Source: Octopus vulgaris (taxonomy: Eukaryota). Taken from it: a stretch of 64,000 nt of DNA. A program made the position numbers and the translations under genes. Shown in pieces: positions 41,528 to 58,537 of this stretch (position 1 is its first letter; the number at the start of each line of letters is the position of its first letter). Location of the stretch: contig OX597830.1 of the NCBI GenBank assembly GCA_951406725.2, forward strand, positions 37,820,001 to 37,884,000. The letters run 5' to 3'. The notes below the pieces were generated by a model that was given only the letters and a program-made list of their open reading frames with translations, was not told where the DNA came from and did not search any database.

Positions 41528-42335
41528 CATTATTATTATTATAAAGTTGGTGAGTTGGCACAATCGTTACCGAGCATGACGAAATACTTATTGGTATTTC
41601 GCCTGTCGCTGCTTTCTTATTACGCATTCGGCCGAGGTCGATTTTACCTTTCATCTCCTTGTGGAAATATCCGAAACCTTCATAAAGTGGCAAACTGGCA
41701 GAATCTTTAGCACAGCGGGCGAAATGCTTAGCGGTATTTCGTATGTTGTTACGTTCACATTCTGTCAAGGTCGACTTTGCCTTTCATCCTTTCGAGGTCG
41801 ATAGATTAAGTACCAGTGAAACACTGGGGTCCATGTGATCGACAAGTCTCCTCCCTTAAATTTCAAACCTTGTGCTTTTAGTAAATAGGATCATCATCAT
41901 CATCATCATCATCTTCATCATCATCATCAACATCATCATCATCATCATCGTCATGATCACCATCATCATCATTATTATTATTATTGTTATTAATATAATT
42001 ATTATTATTATCATTATGGAGGGTGATTTGTTGGTCGAATTGTCAGAGCGCTGGACAAAATAATTCGGTGTCTTTATCTAGATTATTTGAGTTCAGTTCT
42101 CCAATCCCGCCGAGGTTACCTTTAACTTTCATCCGTCTGAGTTCAGTAAAATATAACAGCAGTCAAATAAATGGGTTAATATATTCGATTAATCTCCTTC
42201 CACTTAAAATTGCTGATCAGTTTCGGTAAAAATTGAAGGCATTATTAAGAAACACTGAAACGCTGGGTTTGACGTAATCTGCTAGTCGTCTCACCCCAAA
42301 TCACAGGCCTTGCGTCTTTAGTAAAAAGGATTGTT
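41225..42335 (+). mobile_element. Head-to-tail cluster of 4-5 SINE family B copies separated by (ATT)n/(ATC)n
   Basis: Core repeated at ~41290, ~41625, ~41765 and ~42100, plus a tail fragment at ~42260. Confidence 0.8.
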
Positions 42336-42848
42336 ATTATCATCATTATTGATCAGTATCTTCTTTGCTATGTTTTTATGGTTGTCAAGTATTACTCATT
42401 GAATATTTTGTTTTCACTTATGTGAATTTGCTCGTTGCTTTTATGTACAATCTCGCATTTTCCTAACACATATCTTGCATCAATAGATTAAGTAGCAGTT
42501 AAGCTTACGATCAGTTCACTCCACTGAATACTATTCGTAATAGCCATTAATCTTCAAGTGTTCCAGCTTTCTATGAGAGTGGTTTAGATTTCTGGTTAGA
42601 CGAACATGTAATTCTCTCTTTAAATGAACTCAAGAGACATATGTTGACGTAACGCATTTTACCTCTTACAAATTGAATAACTGATGTAGGCAATCAAAGA
42701 ATATGGGTCAAAATATTCTTAAATATTGAACGTATATTGAAAAACGATTCGCTTCTGGAGGAAGGAGCATGATATTACTGACATTACTAAATTGTTATGA
42801 TTAATGTCGTTAATGGTCCGTTTAGAATGTTAACACTTGTAAGAAATA

Positions 42849-44172
42849 CAGAGTGGCGCGCGAAAAAGTATCTCGAGGTCCGTAGCGTAGTGGGAATAAA
42901 GAGATAAAGTAACAAGTACCGGAAAGGACTCATCGTTATAAATGATTTTGAAATGGTTTCCTACGACATCTAACTATGTTGTACATCTAACTATGTTGAA
43001 TTACACATGGAATAAATCAGTGATATCAATGGGAGCAACCACGTGTGAAATATGGTCGTTCAGTTCCTATATTCTGTGAAGGTTATTTTTATACATGATG
43101 CTCTTCAAGTATCCACAGACATAATAAATAACTGCTGAATAGCAGGTGTACCTGGCGGCTACATATATTTGCTGGCTGTGCGTTCCTCATCGAAGAAGCC
43201 ATGCACATGCTGTATGACACTAGAGAAGTGCGGTAAAGTACCTCTTCTGGCTAGAAGAAGTACCTCTGTCCTCCATCATCAATGAGTTTAGCACAAAATT
43301 GGTCCAAAATGTTCATGTAGACTTCGATGTTAACAGGACTTGTCAAAACACATCAATACCATAATATGTGCTCCTGAAACAGCACATCAAACAAAGATTT
43401 TTTTATTGTGTTGTGGTTACTCATTCAAAGGATGTGGATTTTGCACCACCCAGTACTGTGTGTTTTGTGAATCTGCTTCTCCGAGGAGATGCCATCATGA
43501 CACCTCACTCATTATGTACTGTAATGGGTGTAGCTCACCATCAGTAAAACCATTCAGAAGTCATGTGCAGTAATTTATCAGTTTGCTCTCGTTATCTAGT
43601 TTTGCTGTACAGTTGTGAAATGATATGATTTCAATTTTAGACTTTTCAGCATGACATCTTGTGAGACTGCTGCGCCAATTTACATACTGACTTCTTTAGA
43701 CTCGTATAATCTTTGGCAAATGTCCTGAATAACTCCCGGAGTTCGACTGTAATGTCTCTTTGCTTTATAACACTGTGCTCCGATCTTGTATTACTCCACT
43801 TCTTAACCAATATTTGTATCCTTCTCTTTGCCATTAAGCATTTACTCAGAAATTTCACTTCAAAATAAATACGCGTTTGCTTAAGAGAACCCACTATCAC
43901 ACAGGCTTCCATAAACTCCACCGTTCTCTCTATTGGTTACATCATCTTCCAGAAAAGACTAGAGATATTCACTCAATCAATTAATATGGTGAGGATGCGG
44001 TAAGGATAAGGCAGCAAACAATCGAACAGCGCGCCATCTTTGTTCAGCAGTTACAAGTGGTCGTGAAAGCGCAACGACACTTGCAAATGAGAAGTTGACT
44101 GGTTTTTCGTGCGTGCGAATTTATCTCTCTATGTACAGCCGAACCCGGGCTACCATTTCATGCGCCACCCTG
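42849..44172 (-). mobile_element. Tc1/mariner DNA transposon, full length, with decayed transposase
   Basis: 22-bp TIRs CAGAGTGGCGCGCGAAAAAGTA and CAGGGTGGCGCATGAAATGGTA (17/22), left TA, 1324 bp. N-terminus ..GSLKQTRIYFEVKF..IQILVKKW..KSVCKLAQ; catalytic remnants IMSEVS*WHL.G...SQNTQYW..NPH, KIFV*CAVS, *PPGTP, CGYLKS.MY, GNHF. Confidence 0.85.
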
Positions 44173-44499
44173 GACTTTATCCGGGAAGAATATTCGGAGG
44201 TATTATGTTCTGGGGATTGAGCATAGTGGTTAGTACGAGAAAAGAAAGAAGGGCCACATCGAGTTGTCGAAAGCTGGAGATACGAGGGTGTTTGGGTGAG
44301 GGAAAGATGAAAGCACGACACAAGCCAGCTCCGATGCGCGGAGGCCATATTGTTAACGTTAGAAAAAGAGATGAGACAAAGCCTATGTCAGAGTTAAGAG
44401 TGTTTCTGTTAGTGATGGAATATCTATCAAGCCTGCCGACATTCTCAGGTCAAGGATGTCATTGTGTGTAGAAGCAAACTACCGGAATAGAGAGCAGTA

Positions 44500-45385
44500 G
44501 CTCTCACTTAAATCCTCTGAGGAGCCAATAGCTGTTCAAAGTCGAAATAACTTCTGGGTGTTGATAGAGGTGCGAAGTTAATGATACGCTCTCATTAGAG
44601 GGGACCCACCGTGATAAGAGGACAAGCCTCTGGTGCGCCTATGTATATTCCTATGAGTGTCTCGCATGATTAGATTAGGGTGTTCTGTAGAGGGTTTTTT
44701 CATGTTAAGGGCTAGATTTTTCTGTCGTTTAAAAAGACAAAGTTAGTATCTCCCATCGGGATGATGACCTCACGTTCACCTCCCATAGAGCCTATTTAGG
44801 GTAACGTTAGGTAAGATGAAGGGCTGCGGCATCCGCATTAGAGTGAGTGTAGTTGGATGAGGAAGCAAATAAATTATTGTTGTAGTTATGAAAGAGACTG
44901 CATGGTGGCAGCTGTAGGATCTTATCGTTACCAAACCTAGGGAAAGCCAAAGCTGATAGAGAAGAGAATGAAAAAGTCTCCTCTCCGTCAACATATTCTC
45001 CAGTTGTGATATCTGATTGGATGCTGCCGACCTCGTACTCGTAGGTGTGAAGATTTTATAAGCGATTGCATTGCTTTCTTCGGATTTCTCTAAAACGTGA
45101 ATGGTGAGAAACTAAGCAGCGAGAGAGAGACAAAGAGAGAGAGAGAAGGTCGGGTTGGATGGAAAGCATGATTATTAATGGCTCTAAATATGTTAAAAGC
45201 TACGGGAATAGGTCGAAGTGTCTGCTTTCCATAGGGAGTAGAAACCAGTGAAGCATACTTCCAAATATTAGAGAGCGAAGCATTCATGATTTTAGTTGGC
45301 ATAGGCGCAAGTTATGTGGTGCATTGTTCAAGTGTAATGCTAGGGCCATTTTCAGACGCAGATATCACCATACTGGTGATGTGTG
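44500..45385 (-). pseudogene. Very decayed LINE reverse-transcriptase fragment
   Basis: LEQCTT*LAPMPTKIMNASL..WKYASL...LRPI and LSAFGFP resemble the N-terminal RT region of CR1/Jockey-group elements. Confidence 0.45.
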
Positions 45386-45896
45386 AGTGGAAATGGGAGC
45401 TTAATGGAATAGATGTGTGTGAATTATGTCCATTTGCTTATATCAATCTATTGTGATTCGCATATATGCAAAGCGCCACAATATTTCCTAAGCATGCTAC
45501 TGTTAGATAAAATATTGAAATTTACGTGGAATATTCGAGAAGATATTTTTGTTGTAGAGCTGCAAAATCAAAACCTAATACCTTGAGCTTAGTATTATAA
45601 GCCGTATATTCAGTTCCTGCAGATGGCAGCCAGTTTTACTTTTAAACAGGTTCTTTTTTTATTTTACGTTGTCCTAGCCCATTTCACCCTTATGTCTATC
45701 AGAGCTGGGTTTGTATAAACCTCCTCCTTCCACCTGTGACCTTAGGGATGATCTGAGGCGTAAAGTATGAATGAGCTGAAAGAGTGATTATATGGTCGCA
45801 CAATACATAGTTGCCTAAAAGAATTAGGAAAATTACGGTATATATTATTATGTCATACTCGCTCGCGAGTGATGACTGCTGGTGCTACAATAGATA

Positions 45897-46134
45897 CAGG
45901 GTAGCCCAAAATTAGGTTTACAGTTATCACGTAGTTATTTTAAATTTCTTTTAAAGCATTTTATTACACTTAAATTTCTATCTTACAAACTGAAAAAAAG
46001 GAGCTTGACAAAATTAACTAAATTAGTGTAGAATAATGTTTTCATTTTTTTTTAATAATTAAGATCTAAACTGTTAATATATGAATGCGAAAGAGATAGT
46101 TCAAGAATTGTAAACCCACTTTTGGCTCACTCTG
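45897..46134. mobile_element. Tc1/mariner-type MITE
   Basis: Imperfect 26-bp TIRs CAGGGTAGCCCAAAATTAGGTTTACA and CAGAGTGAGCCAAAAGTGGGTTTACA; left TA; AT-rich interior. Confidence 0.7.
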
Positions 46135-47265
46135 ATTACATATTACGAGAGAGAAACCTGTAGAATGTTTGTAAAGTAGAGAAGAAGAGATAGGGAGAAT
46201 TTTTTTTTTTGTATATGTGTTTGTCAGAGATAGAAAATTTGCTTCAGAAATAAAAGAGCAAGTACATAGAAGAGTGAGAGAGACAGAGAGAGAAAGAGAG
46301 AGAAAAAGAAAGAGAGTTACAATGAGAGAAAAAATATCAATATGCTGGAAAGAGACAAGGAGAGAGAGAGGGAGAGAGAGAGAGAGAGAGAGAGAGAAAC
46401 CGAGACAGAGACAGATAGACAGGGAAAAGAAGTGAGTGAGAGAAATATATAGTCAGTAAAAATAGCGAAATACTATATATAAAAATTTAAATATGTCTTT
46501 TCAATTAAGCAAGTTTTTTTCAATTAAGCGAGTTTCAGTATTTTCATTAATGGTGTATATGACAAAACATATTGTTTATAGTAAGGGCAACGAGTATACA
46601 TTTGCTTCCCTGTGTATATAGATTGTCGAATTTTCAATGATTCGTTGTTTTACGTATTACGTTCTGATTTCCCACAGCGTTTCACAGCAAACTAGACTTG
46701 TAATTAATGGAGCATATTAAAAAGCTCAGCGTGCAATGGAATTTATTCAGCACGTTAAATGAGATTTTCATTTGAAATAGTGTTAGATCTAATTTATTAC
46801 AACAGAGCTTAGCATTTAATGAATAAATTGAAAGTTTCCCTTATTAACAAAAGCTCCCTTCCCCACAAAAAACATCTATAATTCCCATAGGTCTCTTAAG
46901 CTAAAGCAATATTCTGTCTGTCTGTCAGTCTCTACTCAAAGTTTTGTTTTCCGTCTCTTTCATCATTACATAAAATAATGGTATTAAAAATATTCAGTTT
47001 GCAAAAAATTTTTTAAAAATCTGAATTGATTTAATTTTTATCGAATTCGTTATCCATGTGTCCGTTTTATCGGTAGATGTTTTACACATACGTACATTAG
47101 GAATAATTGTATGATTAAGAATCTCGCTTTGCAAACAAATGGTTTCGAGTTCAGTGCCATTGTGCGGCATCCGGGTGAGTGATTATGATGAAAACCCCTC
47201 TGCAGGCCCAATGGATTGTGTATGAAATTACCCGGATTTCCATCGAACACCCACACACACAAATG

Positions 47266-47299
<34 letters not shown>

Positions 47300-47471
47300 T
47301 GTGTGTATGTATGTATGTGTGTATGTATGTATGAGTGTATGTATGTAGTATGTATGTATGTATGTATGTGTGTATGTATGTATACCGACTCTGATGTCCA
47401 AATCATGTACCTTATGGAAACACGATTAGCGATGTATTAAGCACTTATAGATTATATCCCAGAATCATTGT

Positions 47472-47512
<41 letters not shown>

Positions 47513-47520
47513 CATACATA

Positions 47521-47557
<37 letters not shown>

Positions 47558-48243
47558 GTTATTATTATTATTATGGAAATACGTGGCGTGTCTTAGTGGT
47601 TTGTACGTGTGTTTGTTTTTGCATGCGTATGTTTGTGCATTGTGACACTGACGGAGAAAGATTAATAGAGAGACGTTGAAAGAAAGATAGACATAACATA
47701 GATAGAGAGGTAGAAAGAGAGAGAGAGAAACAGAAAGAAAGAGAGGGAGACACAAAAAGGGAGAGACAGATAGAAAGAGAGAGAGAGATGTTATGTCATA
47801 GTTATTAATGTTGATTACAGTGGTTATCATCCCTTCAGAATTCTCCTCACATTGTTCATGAATGTCATTTTACATTGACATTATGTTGGAAGCTGTTAAG
47901 CATCTATTGAAAGAAATTTGGAGGTTGCTTAATTTTATTATCGTAATGCTTAAAAGGCACACGTCGGTATTGCGTGCTTGCTTGACTAAAAAAAAAATAA
48001 ATAATTGTCTAATTCAACAAGCCAATACGTAAAATTGCACCTCAAAATGACAAAATCACATTTCTCACACCGTAATTATAAACAGGAAAATGAAAGATAC
48101 GATTGAAACATGCAACATCCATCACCGTCTTCATCGGATACAGACATACAATAACTCCAGAGACAACCGCTTTATATACTGCATAAAGACTGTCATGACA
48201 AATCCCTATGTACTAGACATTCGAAAGACATGATATATATATA

Positions 48244-48295
48244 TTTTTTCTAGTTTCAGCTCAGAGCTGCGGCCATGCTGATGCACCGCCGTTTT
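48244..48295 (-). mobile_element. Isolated LINE 3' tail identical to 52142-52193
   Basis: 52/52 reverse-complement identity. Confidence 0.9.
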
Positions 48296-48297
48296 AC

Positions 48298-48351
<54 letters not shown>

Positions 48352-48511
48352 GAAAAAGATCTCACCACTTTTAAACGATGCTAGATATGCAATGCCAGAT
48401 AAGCCACCTGAAACTGAATACAAATCACTGAACTCGAATGGGCCATGATACCACTTGACTTTAAAATGATTTACCAAATCCTAACAGGTGATACTTTTAA
48501 GTTTCTGCAGA

Positions 48512-48636
48512 CATGATAAACCTCCGAGTTTCGGATGTCGGAGTTTTATCATGGCTACCGAACAATTGTCACATAGTAGATACATAATATCGAGGTATTT
48601 TTCTTTCATTTGTTGTCTTACCATTTCTATCAATAT
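48512..48636 (+). mobile_element. Short fold-back element with partial hammerhead, same family as 58278-58465
   Basis: Arms catgataaacctccga and tcggagttttatcatg; minus strand reads atcc-GAAA-CTC-ggag; shared tail ttgttgtcttaccattt.tatcaatatata. Confidence 0.6.
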
Positions 48637-48659
48637 ATATGTGTGTATATATATTATAC

Positions 48660-48704
<45 letters not shown>

Positions 48705-49010
48705 AGTAGAGCCAATGATTCCCTTGGTGTTTAACGCGACTCTCAGTCTTTTAATGCATTCTATAATATACGTTTCTGTTTCATTTTCTCTCTTTAGAAA
48801 TATCCCTTAGTTAAGATGTGTTCACTTATTGCTTTTTTGTTAAGGCGTAAACCGAAGCGCTGAAATCGATTTGTTTGTACCTGCAATATATAGTGTTATA
48901 TAATGATATATTCGGTCACGCAGAAAGAGAGAGCGGGAGTGAGAGAGAGTGGAAGAGAGAGAGAACTAAGGAGAAAAGCTCGTACGCATACACACGAACA
49001 GAAGCACAAA

Positions 49011-52195
<3,185 letters not shown>

Positions 52196-52632
52196 TGCAT
52201 AGAAGTATATATATACACACGTCCAAATTATGTCTACCGCCGGCTTTCAAATACTGAAGGAGTCGGAGGCGTGGCTTTGTCATATACGGCATTGTTTGGG
52301 TATCTTGAATATAGCGGAGCACATCCGATTCCCGATATAAACAATGAACACAAGGGAGGAAAGATGGAAATTCAAAAGAAATGAGTGTGAAAGAGCGAAC
52401 AGCCAATGCGCAGAGTTATATGTCCAAACATACCCGAAGAATAAACATGACCTTTATACTATATTCACCATGGATTAACCTCCATGGAATTTTTACGATT
52501 AAAAAGAAAAGGTAGTTGACGAATATAGCGAAGCTTCGTTTTTTATATAAATTTTTGCATGGCTTGATTACAGATCAGAAAAAAAAATATGTGCACACGC
52601 ACATACTTGCGCACAGCCACAAACATACAAAC

Positions 52633-52930
52633 GTGGAGGTGCGTGACGTAGTGATTAGGGCGTTGCACTCACTATCGCTAGATCGTGGGTTCGATTCTCG
52701 AACAAAGTAGCGTATCGTGTTCTAGAACAAAACGCTTCATTTCGCGTTGCTCCACTCCATTCAGATCTAAAGGTTTAATCCTTCGACAGACTAGCTTCCG
52801 ATCAGGGGGGGGGGTCGACCTTCTCGCATATGCTAGCAGGGTAGCGTAGTTTCAAAGGTAAAACGATGCACAGCGCATTGATAACAGCGATATATAACAT
52901 CCCCTAGTCTAATCGATAATCGATCACCTG
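52633..52930 (+). mobile_element. tRNA-derived SINE (family C type), diverged
   Basis: gtggaggtgcgtgacgtagtgattaggg...gggttcgattctc, then catttcgcgttgctcca. Confidence 0.7.
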
Positions 52931-54077
52931 ATCTCTCTCTCTCTCTCTCAATCTGTATATATATAACCATATACAAAGATGTTTAACCACATGCTTGCCT
53001 ACCTACATTCATAATTATATTTTTAAGCCTTTATTTTTTGTGCTAGGTGAAGTGAAAAAACATCATATTAAATAACAGTGAATCTCTTTTTGAAATCAAT
53101 TCAATACTTTTGAAATTGCCTTTTTGTTTCTTATTCGGCGAAACAGCAATTTGTGTTTATAATTCAATCTCATGGTAGAGGTAATACCTATAAACAAATG
53201 CATAAATAAATTCGAAAATAATTACTTGTTATTATATTTACGCTACATTTGCGAATGTATATATATAATTGAAAGTGTGAGAACACATATGTATGTATGC
53301 ATACAAATACATGCACATAGGTATATATGTGTGTATAAATAAATAAATATATATGCGATACACGCACGCACACACACACATAGATATGTGCGTATGTGCG
53401 TGTGTGCGTTTGTATGTTTGAATAAATATTTGAAAAGTACAGGCGTCCTTGATGGCACGTCAGTCAGTGGAAACGGTCTTGTATTACTCTCGGCGAATGG
53501 TCTAGAAGAATAAGTTATTAGCCGACAATAAATTGGATCCTATCTACATCACCCTCTCCTCTCCCATCTTATTATTCGACTTCTTTACTGTCTCTGCTGG
53601 ATATTGCTCTGGCTTTATCAACAAAAAAAAAGGTTAAAAAGGTCTCGTTTTTAAGTGCAATTCTTTACTGTTATACAAAACATTTCAGGGAGTGTCCCTT
53701 TACTTTCTTCACTAAAACAGGGAGATGTGTTGCACGGTGCTATACCGGACTAGTCATATTTTCTTCTGAATCACTGAACCTCTTCAATTTGCCGAGGTAA
53801 TTCTCTGAATTTAGTTACAATATTCCAAAATAATCTTACACCATGGCTATTTATGGATATCTATGTGCTGGGAGATAGTGCTCCTAAAACAAAGACCGTT
53901 CCACAACAGATTCTAAATAATCCTTAACCATAGCTGGCCGTATTCTTAAAATTTCTTTCTATATTAGATGATCTGTGCCAAAGAATTGACGTTACAGTCT
54001 CTGATTAAAACTAGGTACAATGATATCTAAATCTGAATGGACATCTTGAAGGTTGTCCTTCTTTTCAGAATGTTATG

Positions 54078-54355
54078 CAAGCGCGTGGCTTAGCGGTTCA
54101 GGTTTTGGACTCATAATTGTGAGATTGTGGTTTCGATTCTTGGACTGGGCGACGCGTTGTATCCTGCAAAACACTTCCTAACACGTTGCTCCAGTCCACA
54201 CAGCTGACAAAAATGAGTAAATCTCACGTCTGACCGGCTTTTCCTGCAGGTGGGGACTATGTATACCATGAAACATAAACGCAATTGTAACTCAGTATGA
54301 CTCGAGAAGGTAACATTACTTACATTTTTATTCAGACTCTTAGAATGGCGCATAA
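54078..54355 (+). mobile_element. tRNA-derived SINE (family C type), diverged
   Basis: gcgcgtggcttagcggttcagg...ggtttcgattc, then acacgttgctccagtccacacagctg; a similar head lies at ~36835-36960. Confidence 0.7.
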
Positions 54356-55639
54356 AATAGCACCAGGCATAGAAGCCCTTCTTGGAGCGTAAACTTTCCT
54401 ACCCCTTCTTATCCATTTGATCAAACACTCCGATATCTGGGACTTTGTGAATATCCCTACTCTTGCTTGTGTTGTCCTGGTCGGCATTACATCTTAAAGT
54501 GGTTTCCATCGTCCATGCAAATCTACATTGACAAAGCCAGGGACATTCGAGAGGAAATCCCCAAGTATTCCATACCTATAATTGCGGCATCTTCGTACAA
54601 AGCTCATCCTCCCCACTTACACGTAAGTATTGTACACTTCTATTTACTAATTGCAATTGCTTGCTTTCTCTCTCCTGGACGCCCTTTTGAGCATCAGAGA
54701 CCATTAAACTACATGCTTGATATCCTATCTATTTTGAACGGTAATGTATCATTGTTTACTTGGATAATATTGGTTATGCAAAAGGAATATGCATAAATTG
54801 CTTTGGGAGTATATCTAAAAATTGCTGAGTATAAAGGAATTGAAATTTTAGGTTATGATATTGCATTAATTTGAAACAAATATAATATCATTTCTCGATA
54901 TCTTCTTCAAACAAATAAATCCATTCTTGGCTCAATCTCAATAGTTTTGTTCATGAGAAATATGATTGATGATTTCGTTTACAATTCAACTGATATTAGG
55001 AAAAATGAACCACATATGATCTTCTAGGACAATTTAGATTCGTCAGAGAATCTGGTATCACAGCTCCTGTCTGCAGTGTGATAAATTTAGGACTGATAGT
55101 TTGTAACTAATTTGCCAATTTTAGTTTCTTCTCCAAAGGATTCTAGAAGCAATACAATAATGAAATTATACAAATAATCAAGTTTAATGTTCACTTACAA
55201 TCAACTGAATTAGCGTATTGAATATTGATTAATTTTCATTAAGAACCTTATTTAAATTCTAATGCGTCACAACATTATGAAAAATTGGAGCCAAAATAAA
55301 TAGTGTTCTATACAATCGCTGTTGCCAACAATCAAACAGATAGTAATCATTCATTATGCATGAAGGCATCATGGAATAGTTAAGAAGTTTCCTTCAGAAT
55401 CATGAGTGCCAGAGTTCGATGGTATGGCTGAAAATAATTGAGAATGTACATTTCGTGCTAGTGTCATGTTTATGAAAGATTTGGAAGAACTGTGGAGCCT
55501 GACAGATAGGCAAAACCGTCGATTAAACTAGTAATTGAAGGGCCCAATCTGGTTCTATTTAATGTCTAACAATGACGTTAAGGAGACATGTCTCTGCGGA
55601 TTATACAACCATTTAAAGCATACTTTCAAACATAAAGTA

Positions 55640-56148
<509 letters not shown>

Positions 56149-57073
56149 GTAATAAAAAGTCCAGTTGTCTTGCGTAAGTGGAACACTCACTGTCGAAATT
56201 GATGAAAAGCTTTCACAATTACGAACTTTGATCATCAATGGATGGCGGGGTGCACCGAAACGATTGCTGAGTGTCGGAAAGGTTGCAGAGGTGTTTACTT
56301 GTTGTTGGCAGCTTCTAATCAGGCTTTCTAATCAGTATAACCTCCGGTTATATGAAAACATACGCATTTAGTTACTTGAAATTAGTGGGACAAACAGAAC
56401 CATCCCTAGTCTTTCCTAGAGAAATACCAACTGTTTTTTTTTTTAAGTAGTAGAGTGTAAGGATTTTTTTTTTCAGTTGTTGAGTTATAATATCTTTCCA
56501 CATTATGGATGAAAAATAATGCCATAACATAGATCTTAACAATACTGTTAATCTTCCTTTCATAATGAATTAGCAAGCTGAAGTGATTGGCTGTCTGCGG
56601 TACAGAAATGAAAAATAAACACAATTAAATAAGACGACTGTGTGTATAACTGCAAAACGCAAACAATGCCTCTATATCTGGTTTTATTTTTATGAAAAGT
56701 AAAGTATTATGCAAGTGCAGTCAACACACTCAATTGGTTGGAAAATAAACGTCGCTATTTGATTCAATGATTATATCTACAATTATATCTACATACATAT
56801 TCTCTACAAAATCACTGATACTAGACAGTAAAGGATATTTAGCGGAACGTCTGTCACAGATATGCACTCATTTAACCAGACAATTATCAATGCATGTTGA
56901 TGCACCTCACACACAGACACGCAGACAAACATACTCACCCACACACACACATACATACACACATTTGCATGCCGCACACAAGCAAATACATATAGGTATG
57001 TTTATATGCATGTGAGTGTATATATACATACATACACACACACACATTTATATATATGCATGTATGTATGTAT

Positions 57074-57212
<139 letters not shown>

Positions 57213-57236
57213 ATATATAATAATAATTTATATATA

Positions 57237-57274
<38 letters not shown>

Positions 57275-57326
57275 AACCCCGTGGTTAACCCCGAATCAAC
57301 CCGGGACCTACATATATATATATATA

Positions 57327-57779
57327 TATATATTTAGTGAGGGAAGAAATGGAGCTGAACGAAGATTTTACAAAATTCCTTTTTATTATTTTCTACACCC
57401 AGCCCAACGTCAACGCATTTTGGGAGACAGTTTTGTGCGTTTGTCGAAAAGCTTGCTGCGCATTTTGTTGGAGATTTAAGTTCCTGGATTTTCCTGAAGA
57501 GAAAGCTGCAAAATGGTCTCCTTATTCAATCCGAATTAGGGACTTTGCAGCCTTTGAAACATATGTAGAAAATAATAAAAAGGAATTTTGTAAAATCTTC
57601 GTTCAGCTCCATTTCTTCCCTCACTAAATATATAAAACTTCAAATTTCCGCACTAAGGCACGGTTTTGAGACCCCATGGTCGTAACCTCAACCGTGATTT
57701 TTCTGTTGTGATTTTTGCTACCCAAGTATCGGTTATAATTTGAATAATCCGTAACAAGATAATTCATTTATCCATTTCA

Positions 57780-57785
<6 letters not shown>
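57327..57785 (+). mobile_element. Non-autonomous Penelope-like element with perfect 71-bp inverted arms
   Basis: 57327-57397 is the reverse complement of 57564-57634; ends caataaa followed by (TA)n; inserted in (TA)n. Confidence 0.8.
57488..57573 (+). ncRNA. Type-I hammerhead ribozyme motif with intact core
   Basis: attttc-CTGAAGA-[gaaagctgcaaa...tttgcagccttt]-GAAA-CATATG-TA-gaaaat: 6-bp stem I, long stem II, palindromic stem III ACATATGT, GUA triplet. Confidence 0.85.
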
Positions 57786-57819
<34 letters not shown>

Positions 57820-57985
57820 GGGGAGAGTTTACGAAAAAGAACAAAACACGAAGACAGGTGGAGTACAAAACAAACAGATATATTCGTATAACGCTCAGGA
57901 GTAGAAAAAGTCTATTACGTTTCGAGCTTACGCTCCTCTGCAGAAAGGAGAGAAACAAGGAGAGAAAAAATGAGTGGAGTGGCTA
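57820..57985 (-). mobile_element. Second copy of the 37.8 kb hammerhead-like element
   Basis: Minus strand cttt-CTGCAGA-g-gagc gtaa gctc-GAAA-CG-TA; tail cacctgtcttcg shared with ~37945-37956. Confidence 0.65.
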
Positions 57986-58006
57986 TGTATATGTATATAT
58001 ATATGT

Positions 58007-58219
58007 GAGGGCATTTTATTAGCAATATTGCAACCAAAACGCAGAAATATATACATCACTAAAGTGATCGAGGACACTAATGTGCACCAGTATTGCTAAA
58101 TATAAGAGTTAAAACTACGCATACCAAGGAGAAACGCTTATCTTCATAACTGAACTGCTTGTCGTGGTTATGAATTATTTTATCTCTTATTACCTGCAAT
58201 ACTGGTGCAGAATTGTGCC

Positions 58220-58222
<3 letters not shown>
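58007..58222. mobile_element. MITE-like fold-back element with GAG...CTC termini
   Basis: gagggca/tgccctc ends; internal inverted pairs tgcaccagtattgc/gcaatactggtgca, ataagag/ctcttat and ttcataac/gttatgaa; inserted in (TA)n. Confidence 0.6.
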
Positions 58223-58261
<39 letters not shown>

Positions 58262-58277
58262 TATATATATATATATA

Positions 58278-58465
58278 TCTATGTAAATGTAATATGTGAC
58301 AAGTATTCGGTAGCTGTGATACAACTCCGAGTTTTGGATGTCGGGTTAGTAATCCACGCCGCCATATTTGCCCCATATTACATTTACAGATAAATTCCTC
58401 TATTTACATAATATCGAATCGACGTCTCATTCATTCTTTTGTTGTCTTACCATTTATATCAATAT
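58278..58465. mobile_element. Fold-back element of the 48.5 kb family
   Basis: Arms 58282-58296 and 58374-58388; the minus segment matches ~48538-48575 and the tail matches ~48580-48636. Confidence 0.65.
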
Positions 58466-58537
58466 ATATATATATATTTACATACATACACACGTATGTA
58501 TGTACATGTGTATGTGTGTAAACATATATATATATAT

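Noticed and set aside
54467-54796. 109-aa ORF with internal gtaagt at ~54623
   Set aside because: No known domain and no partner exons; unsupported without RNA-seq.
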